64,000 nt of DNA, taken from an uncultured delta proteobacterium (GTDB lineage: Bacteria; Myxococcota_A; UBA9160; UBA6930). The notes below the pieces were generated by a model. It worked only from the letters and a program-made list of their open reading frames with translations. It made no database searches and was not told the origin of the DNA. Positions 58,889 to 64,000 of this stretch are shown here, one piece after another. Location of the stretch: the NCBI GenBank assembly GCA_963716895.1, contig CAVQUJ010000006.1, positions 175,750-239,749 of the forward strand, written 5' to 3'. The number at the start of each line of letters is the position of its first letter. Position 1 is the first letter of the stretch. The position numbers were made by a program, and so were the translations under genes.

Positions 58889-60417
58889 CGGCTGGCTCCG
58901 GGCGGGGCCGGGCGGTCCGCCGCCAGTGCGTCGTGTCCGCCCATCACCGCGGGCGCCGGAACGCGCAGCAGCCCGAGGCACGTCGGGGCCACGTCGAGGA
59001 CGTCGATGGCTCCGAGGTCGCCGCGCAGGGCGACCGACGGCCCGGCGGCGGCGAACAGCCCCTCGAGCGAGTGGTAGCTGTCGGGGCAGTAGCGGGGCAC
59101 CGTCTGGCGGATCTCTCCGCGGGCGTGGATGAGCCGCTCCAGGAAGTGCGGCGCGCACTGCCACTCGACTACGAGGTCGGGCAGGTGCTCGGGCGGTACC
59201 CCGCCCGTGAAATCAGCGGTCCGGTACACGCGACGGACCGCCGGCCCTCCGGCCACCGGATCGACCAGCCGCGAGAGCTCCGCCTCGATCTCCGCCACCA
59301 GCCCCCGGTAACCGGCCCCGCTGTCGACGGTTCCCGCCGGCTCGCGACCGGCGAGGTTCACACGAATGAAGCCGGCGTGTAGACCGGGAATCGCGAAGGC
59401 GACCGTGCGGCTCCAGTCGGTGCCCGTGCGGAAGCGCTCGCTGAGCCTCCGCTCCTGCGCCGACTGGGGGAGCCGCGCAGCGATGAAGCTGCGCAGGCGC
59501 TCGGGAGCCAGGGCGGCCAGGCGCCCCGCCAGCCCCGCGCTCTCGGGCGCGCCTCGGGGAGCAACCTGGTAACCCAGCAGGTGGCAGAAGTGGTCGGCCA
59601 GGTCCGGGGTCGGGTAGTGGGTCTTCATGCCCAGCGAGGTGAGCAGCACGACGTCGGGATCGCCGCCCGCCGCCTCGAGGATCTCGCCCATCGCGCGGTC
59701 GATCGCAACGTAGACGTCGCGCAGGGCCCCGCCGAGGCCCGATCCCGGGTCGGCGCGGTAGCGCCAGAAGCGGTGGCCCGCCGGGTGAGCCTCCGAGAAT
59801 GCGACGCACACGAAGTCGAAGTCACCCTGCGAGACGAGGTGCCGGCAGAGCCGGCCCTTTCGCTCGATGCGCTCGAGGAGCGCTGCGTGCGCCGCGCGGT
59901 CGAGGTCCGCCGTCGCGCCCGGCTCGAACTCCCACGTCGGCTCGAAGCGGCCGTAGACGCGGCGCGCCTCGCCGAGCAGCGAGGCCGGGCGGGCGCTCGG
60001 CCCGTGCGCGGTCATGCGGGGCTGATGGGTAGCGAAGTCCAGCACCTGCACGCCGTCGAGGCCGTCGATCAACGGCGCGTCCGGAACGTCGATCACGGCG
60101 CCTCGCCGCCCCGCGCCGGCCAGCTCCGACCACAAGGGCATCCCTTCGAAATCGTGCCCCGTGGTGGGCCGCAGCTCGTAGCTCCCGGGGACGAGTTGGC
60201 GGAAGTAGTAGTAGCCGGTGCGCGTGCGCGAGAGCCCGTTCGCGAGCGACGCCCAGAGGCCGTGCTCGGTCATGTACTCGGGCCCGGTCGTCCGGGCGCG
60301 GACGCCCCGATCGAGGATCCGCGCCGCGACCGGCATCCGCCCCTCGTCGGCGAAGCGCTCGATCAAGCCGGGGTCGCCGACGTCGTATCCCAGCATCACG
60401 AGCGGAGTGCGGCTCAT
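58885..60417 (-). CDS. alkaline-phosphatase-superfamily protein (type I phosphodiesterase / nucleotide pyrophosphatase-like), paralog 2
   Basis: Intact 510 aa from ATG 60417. LVMLGYDVGDPGL, PEYMTEHGLWASLANGLSRTRTG. Collinear similarity to paralog 1 throughout (e.g. FRTGTDWSRT, RVNLAGREPAGTV). ATGA overlaps at both ends. Confidence 0.75.
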   Translation of the reverse strand: MSRTPLVMLGYDVGDPGLIERFADEGRMPVAARILDRGVRARTTGPEYMTEHGLWASLANGLSRTRTGYYYFRQLVPGSYELRPTTGHDFEGMPLWSELAGAGRRGAVIDVPDAPLIDGLDGVQVLDFATHQPRMTAHGPSARPASLLGEARRVYGRFEPTWEFEPGATADLDRAAHAALLERIERKGRLCRHLVSQGDFDFVCVAFSEAHPAGHRFWRYRADPGSGLGGALRDVYVAIDRAMGEILEAAGGDPDVVLLTSLGMKTHYPTPDLADHFCHLLGYQVAPRGAPESAGLAGRLAALAPERLRSFIAARLPQSAQERRLSERFRTGTDWSRTVAFAIPGLHAGFIRVNLAGREPAGTVDSGAGYRGLVAEIEAELSRLVDPVAGGPAVRRVYRTADFTGGVPPEHLPDLVVEWQCAPHFLERLIHARGEIRQTVPRYCPDSYHSLEGLFAAAGPSVALRGDLGAIDVLDVAPTCLGLLRVPAPAVMGGHDALAADRPAPPGASR

Positions 60418-61613
60418 GACGCACGGACCCCTCGCGACGTTCGGCGCGCCAGAAGCTCCGCGTAGATCTCCACGAAACGATCGACGTAGCGCGCCTCGTC
60501 GAAGTGCGCGAGGGCGCGCACGCGCCCCGCCTGGCCCATGCGCTCGGCAAGCCCCCGGTCGGAGAGGATCTCGAGCAGCGCCTCGGCCAGCGCGTCGGGG
60601 TCGCCGCGTCGGACCAGGCGGCCGGTGCGGCCGTCCTCGACGATCTCGGCGAGGCCGCCGGCGTCGCTCGCGACCACGGCCACGCCCCGCATCATCGCCT
60701 CGGCCGCGACCAACCCGAAGGGCTCCTCCCAGATCGAGGGCACGGCCTGCACCCAGGCACTCCCGAGCTGCGCGTCGAGCTCTTCGCGGGGGCGGTGTCC
60801 GAGGCTCTCGACGTGGCCGTCGAGAGCGAGGGCTGACACCTGCCGCGCCACCGCGTCGCGCTCGGGCCCGTCGCCGGCGATCACGAGACGCGCCTCCGGC
60901 AAGCGCTCCCGCACGCGCCGGAACGCGTGAAGCAGCAGGTCCAGCCCCTTCTCGGGCGCGAGCCGGCCTGCGAACGCGAGGGTCGGCACGGGGGCCGGCG
61001 CGGCGCGCGGGGGCACCACCGGCACGCCATTCCAGACCACCTCGTCCACGGGCACGCCGTCGGCCTCGAGTCGGCGCCGGGTCCAGCGACTGTTGGCGAC
61101 GATCCGATCGAAGGCGCCTCGCCAGCGTCGCCAGAGCGCCATCTGCATCATCAGCAGCGGCCAGTCCTGGGCGGTCAGACAGCCCCGGCAGACCCAGCCG
61201 TAGCGCACCGAGCACGTCTCTCCGCTGGGGAGCAGCTTCGAGCCGGTCGGACAGATGGTTCGCACGGTCTCCACGTGCAGGAGGCTCGGCCGACCGCGCA
61301 GCTCCGGCAGCACGAGGGGCGAGAGCTGCGTCAGGAACATCCTCACGTGGACGATGTCGGGGTCGAACGCGGCCAGCACGCGGCGCAGGGCGCGCGCGGC
61401 GAAGGGGTTCAGCGACTGGACGACGCCGCGCATCCGCGAGGTGGTACCGAAGCAGAGGTAGTCGGCTTCGACGGGGAGCGGCAGTGGCTGCGCGCGGCTC
61501 GTCAGGAGCCGCACGTCGTACCCGCGTCGGCGGAGGGCGGCGCGCAGAACGAGGGTCAGGATCTCCGCGCCCCCGCTCCGCGTCCCGTAGTCGCTGACGA
61601 TGAGGATCTTCAC
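60414..61613 (-). CDS. GT4-family glycosyltransferase (GT-B fold)
   Basis: Intact 399 aa from GTG 61613. VKILIVSDYGTRSGGAE, C-terminal EEPFGLVAAEAMMRGVAVVASDAGGLAEIVEDGRTG (E-x7-E). Confidence 0.85.
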   Translation of the reverse strand: MKILIVSDYGTRSGGAEILTLVLRAALRRRGYDVRLLTSRAQPLPLPVEADYLCFGTTSRMRGVVQSLNPFAARALRRVLAAFDPDIVHVRMFLTQLSPLVLPELRGRPSLLHVETVRTICPTGSKLLPSGETCSVRYGWVCRGCLTAQDWPLLMMQMALWRRWRGAFDRIVANSRWTRRRLEADGVPVDEVVWNGVPVVPPRAAPAPVPTLAFAGRLAPEKGLDLLLHAFRRVRERLPEARLVIAGDGPERDAVARQVSALALDGHVESLGHRPREELDAQLGSAWVQAVPSIWEEPFGLVAAEAMMRGVAVVASDAGGLAEIVEDGRTGRLVRRGDPDALAEALLEILSDRGLAERMGQAGRVRALAHFDEARYVDRFVEIYAELLARRTSRGVRAS

Positions 61614-62659
61614 GCCGCCGCCCCGCTCGGCGCAGCGGGCGCGACGGCGATCGCGCGCCCCGTGCGGGCGGCCTCCTCGGCCGCGAGCACGATCTCGAGG
61701 GAGCGCAAGCCATCCTCGACGTCCGGCGAGGGGTCGGCGGCGCCGCGCATCGACGCGGCGAAGCAAGCGAGGGCCGCACGATAGGAGGGCTCGCTCGCGC
61801 CGCGCGCCACGCGGCGCACGCCGCGCAGCGCCGAGCCGAGCTCGCGCCGGAGCCGCGCACCCCGCCCGTAGGCGGCTGCTGCCGCGCCGCGCTCCAGCTC
61901 GGGCGAGCCGTAGCGGTCCACCGCGAGCAGGCCGCTGGTGCCGTAGACCTCGAAGCGATCGTCGTCGATCGCGCTCGACGAGAACAAGGACTCCACCACC
62001 ACGCCGTCCGTCAGCACCATGCGCAGCCCGGCCGTGTCGTCCTCGCCGCGCACCGAGCGCAGAGACGCCGACACCTCGGCGACCTCGCCGAGGGTGAAGC
62101 GCACGAGGTCGGCGTGGTGCGAGGCGAGATCGAGCAGCACGCCGCCCCCCGCTGCCCGGCTGCGCTTCCACTCCGGCAGGTTCCCTGCGGCGGAGCAGAA
62201 GACGCTGCGGGCGGCGACCACTTCCCCGATCTCTCCGCGACGCAGCCGCGCGCGGAGCTCCCGGTAGCGGGCGTCGTGACGGAAGTTGAGGCCCACCATG
62301 CCGACGCGCCCGGAAGCCCGCCAGGCGCGGGCGACGCGCCGCGCCCCCTCGACGTCCACCGCGACCGGCTTCTCGACGTAGACGTGCAGCCCGGCCTCGA
62401 ACGCGCCCGCGGCCACGGGCGCGTGGAGCGCGCTCGGAACGCACACGAGCACGCCCTCGGTGCCGCCGTCGCTCAGCAGCTGCGACGGTTCGCCGAAGGC
62501 GCGGGCGCCCGGAAAGCGCGCGGCGGCTTCGGCGCGGGCCTCGGGGTCGGGATCGGCGATCGCCACCACCTCGACGCCGGGTGTCGCCGCGAGAGCGTCG
62601 AAATGCACGCGGCGGACGATCCGGCCGCAGCCGATCACGCCGATCCTCACGGGCTGCAC
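61610..62659 (-). CDS. Gfo/Idh/MocA-family NAD(P)-dependent oxidoreductase
   Basis: Intact 349 aa. VRIGVIGCGRIVRRVH Rossmann motif, HVYVEKPVA (EKP motif). Stop overlaps the GT4 start (GTGA). Confidence 0.8.
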   Translation of the reverse strand: MQPVRIGVIGCGRIVRRVHFDALAATPGVEVVAIADPDPEARAEAAARFPGARAFGEPSQLLSDGGTEGVLVCVPSALHAPVAAGAFEAGLHVYVEKPVAVDVEGARRVARAWRASGRVGMVGLNFRHDARYRELRARLRRGEIGEVVAARSVFCSAAGNLPEWKRSRAAGGGVLLDLASHHADLVRFTLGEVAEVSASLRSVRGEDDTAGLRMVLTDGVVVESLFSSSAIDDDRFEVYGTSGLLAVDRYGSPELERGAAAAAYGRGARLRRELGSALRGVRRVARGASEPSYRAALACFAASMRGAADPSPDVEDGLRSLEIVLAAEEAARTGRAIAVAPAAPSGAAA

Positions 62660-62663
62660 GGAT

Positions 62664-62987
62664 TCATGCCTGAGGAGCGCGCCACTCGGCGATGCGGTTG
62701 TAGATCGAAGCGATCGTCCAACCGAGCAGCGCTCCGACCCCGGCGCCGTAGAGGAAGCCGAGCAGCGCTCCGGGCCACGTGACCGAGTAGCCCGGGAAGT
62801 AGTTGCGCAGCAGCGAGAGGTGCTGCCCCACGTGCGGGCCGCCGCGCACCAGGAGCCAGGCCGTCGCCACGAAGAGCCCGCAGCCGCCCACCCAGCCGAA
62901 CACCACCGCCATCACGCGGGCGCGCAGCCGGACGATCGCCGCGCGCACCAGCTCCCGTTCCCGGGCCTCGATCTCCGGGGCCGTCAC
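62664..62987 (-). CDS. small two-TM membrane protein, paralogous to the C-terminal tail of the upstream oxidoreductase
   Basis: 107 aa from GTG 62987 (GTGA overlap). VFGWVGGCGLFVATAWLLVRGGPHVGQHLSLLRNYFPGYSVTWPGALLGFLYGAGVGALLGW matches LGTVLGLGLFLATAVLLLLGGEPVGPNLALLRNYFPGFEVTWRGAWLGLLEAAAGGFGFGY in the gene above. Confidence 0.55.
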   Translation of the reverse strand: MTAPEIEARERELVRAAIVRLRARVMAVVFGWVGGCGLFVATAWLLVRGGPHVGQHLSLLRNYFPGYSVTWPGALLGFLYGAGVGALLGWTIASIYNRIAEWRAPQA

Positions 62988-64000
62988 GCCGAGCCCCCGT
63001 CGAGGAGATCCAAGGCGGGCACGGCCTCGATCCGCGCGAGGAGCACGCGCTCCTCGCGCGCCACCACCCCGTTGATGAGCCAGGCCAGCGCGTAGCCGAA
63101 GCCGAAGCCGCCGGCCGCCGCCTCCAGCAGCCCGAGCCAGGCGCCGCGCCAGGTGACCTCGAAGCCGGGGAAGTAGTTGCGGAGCAGGGCGAGGTTCGGC
63201 CCGACCGGCTCGCCGCCGAGCAGCAGGAGCACGGCGGTGGCGAGGAACAGGCCGAGCCCGAGCACGGTGCCGAGGGCGACGCCGAGTGCGACCGGGTCGT
63301 AGCGACCGAACGCCTGCTGGATCCATTCGCGGGGCGGCATGTCGGCGATCGGCCGGGGGACGAGGCGGCCTCCCCCGCTCCGCACCTCCTCGTGGTACTC
63401 GGGCTCCACGTTCACATCCCAGATGTCGTAGCTCGCGCCGACGACGTTCCGGGCCGCATAGACTCCGGTGAGCATCGAGTGGTCCTGGTTGTTGTAGCGG
63501 TGTTGGCCGTTGCGGCCGATCGACTGGAGGTTCGAGATCCCCGCGAGCCAGCTCCGGATCGTGGCCATCGCCTCGCCGTAGCTCGCGTCGTACACGGGGT
63601 ACGCCTTGCGCATCCGGATCACGGTGCCGTCCACCACGTCCGCGGCGGAGACCAGTCCGAGCTGTTCGCACTCCCGGCTCCCGAGGGCGATCAGCTCCGC
63701 ATCGCTCATCGACCAGAGCTCGTCGCCCTCGTTCACGAAGTACTCGAGCCCGAGCGAGGTGTGGCCCGGCTCGGGCACCATGTCGGGGCTCCAGTTCCCG
63801 TAGTTCTGGATCCGGCCCATGCGGACCTCGCTCGAGTGGATGTAGATCCAGTTGTCGGGAAAGAGATCCTCGCGGGCAACGATCAACCCCACGGTCAGGA
63901 AGTCGCGGTAGCGGAGGCGCTCTGCCGCGGCGACCACCTCGGGGGGCGGCGCGGGCTCGAGGCAGCCGACGAGCTCTCGCACGGGCAGGGAGGAGATCAC
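62984..64000 (-). CDS. FAD/NAD(P)-dependent oxidoreductase (UDP-galactopyranose-mutase / amine-oxidase fold) with an extra C-terminal two-TM domain; 5' end outside the window
   Basis: Open to the window edge. YRDFLTVGLIV, WIYIHSSEVRMGRIQNYGNWSPDMVP, YPVYDASY, SIGRNGQHRYNNQDHSMLTG, then a membrane tail (see 62664-62987). Confidence 0.7.
   Translation of the reverse strand: MISSLPVRELVGCLEPAPPPEVVAAAERLRYRDFLTVGLIVAREDLFPDNWIYIHSSEVRMGRIQNYGNWSPDMVPEPGHTSLGLEYFVNEGDELWSMSDAELIALGSRECEQLGLVSAADVVDGTVIRMRKAYPVYDASYGEAMATIRSWLAGISNLQSIGRNGQHRYNNQDHSMLTGVYAARNVVGASYDIWDVNVEPEYHEEVRSGGGRLVPRPIADMPPREWIQQAFGRYDPVALGVALGTVLGLGLFLATAVLLLLGGEPVGPNLALLRNYFPGFEVTWRGAWLGLLEAAAGGFGFGYALAWLINGVVAREERVLLARIEAVPALDLLDGGSA

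Noticed and set aside
58885-61860. 991-aa minus-strand ORF suggesting a giant fusion protein
   Set aside because: Only the C-terminal 510 aa (from ATG 60417) look like protein (alkaline-phosphatase-superfamily paralog 2). The N-terminal half is an out-of-frame read-through of the GT4 and Gfo genes with Arg/Pro-rich junk sequence.
1-64000. Programmed ribosomal frameshifting or transcriptional slippage as the explanation for the frame breaks
   Set aside because: There are too many breaks per gene (up to about 10). They go in both directions, show no recurring slippery heptamer or downstream structure, and occur in unrelated gene families. Indel error or decay is far more parsimonious.
1-64000. 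Search for tRNA, rRNA, CRISPR repeats, IS/transposase, integrase or phage genes
   Set aside because: No T-loop-like GGTTCGA(A/T)TCC contexts with cloverleaf partners, no regularly spaced direct repeats, and no ORF with transposase/integrase motifs were seen. The window looks like core or accessory metabolic chromosome rather than a mobile element.

Overview
Very GC-rich bacterial chromosomal DNA (by eye about 70% G+C or more, with third codon positions almost all G/C). It is densely packed with about 59 protein-coding genes on both strands. I found no rRNA, tRNA, CRISPR array, transposase or phage genes. Beta-barrel outer-membrane proteins ending in Phe and a lipobox lipoprotein indicate a diderm host. 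An extra EF-G paralog, a MASE1 hybrid kinase and many oxygenases fit a soil delta-proteobacterium/Myxococcota-like organism, but taxonomy cannot be fixed from this window. Recognisable content, in order: Lhr helicase; an oxygenase/beta-oxidation operon (SDR, TetR, di-iron protein, Baeyer-Villiger monooxygenase, split MFE-2 dehydrogenase + hydratase); an ArsS radical-SAM / TVP38 / flavin disulfide reductase / ArsC island; EF-G paralog + KaiC-like ATPase + esterase; an Atu/Liu-type acyl-CoA carboxylase cluster; an infA-led array of acyl-/formyl-transferase and envelope proteins; a P450-amidohydrolase locus with TetR; a MASE1-GAF hybrid histidine kinase; epoxide hydrolase; an MBOAT + SGNH O-acylation pair; a circularly permuted ATP-grasp / alpha-E / transglutaminase cluster extended by two M14-type deacylases; Bcp; and a tightly coupled six-gene glycosyltransferase / alkaline-phosphatase-superfamily / oxidoreductase cluster. 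The dominant peculiarity is that about 22 genes can only be read by switching frame, often many times. These genes occur in blocks, while neighbouring blocks are perfectly intact. Several resolvable lesions are homopolymer-length changes, so assembly error is the leading explanation, but the patchiness needs checking. All family calls rest on motifs recognised by eye, not on database searches. Boundaries of frameshifted genes are approximate.
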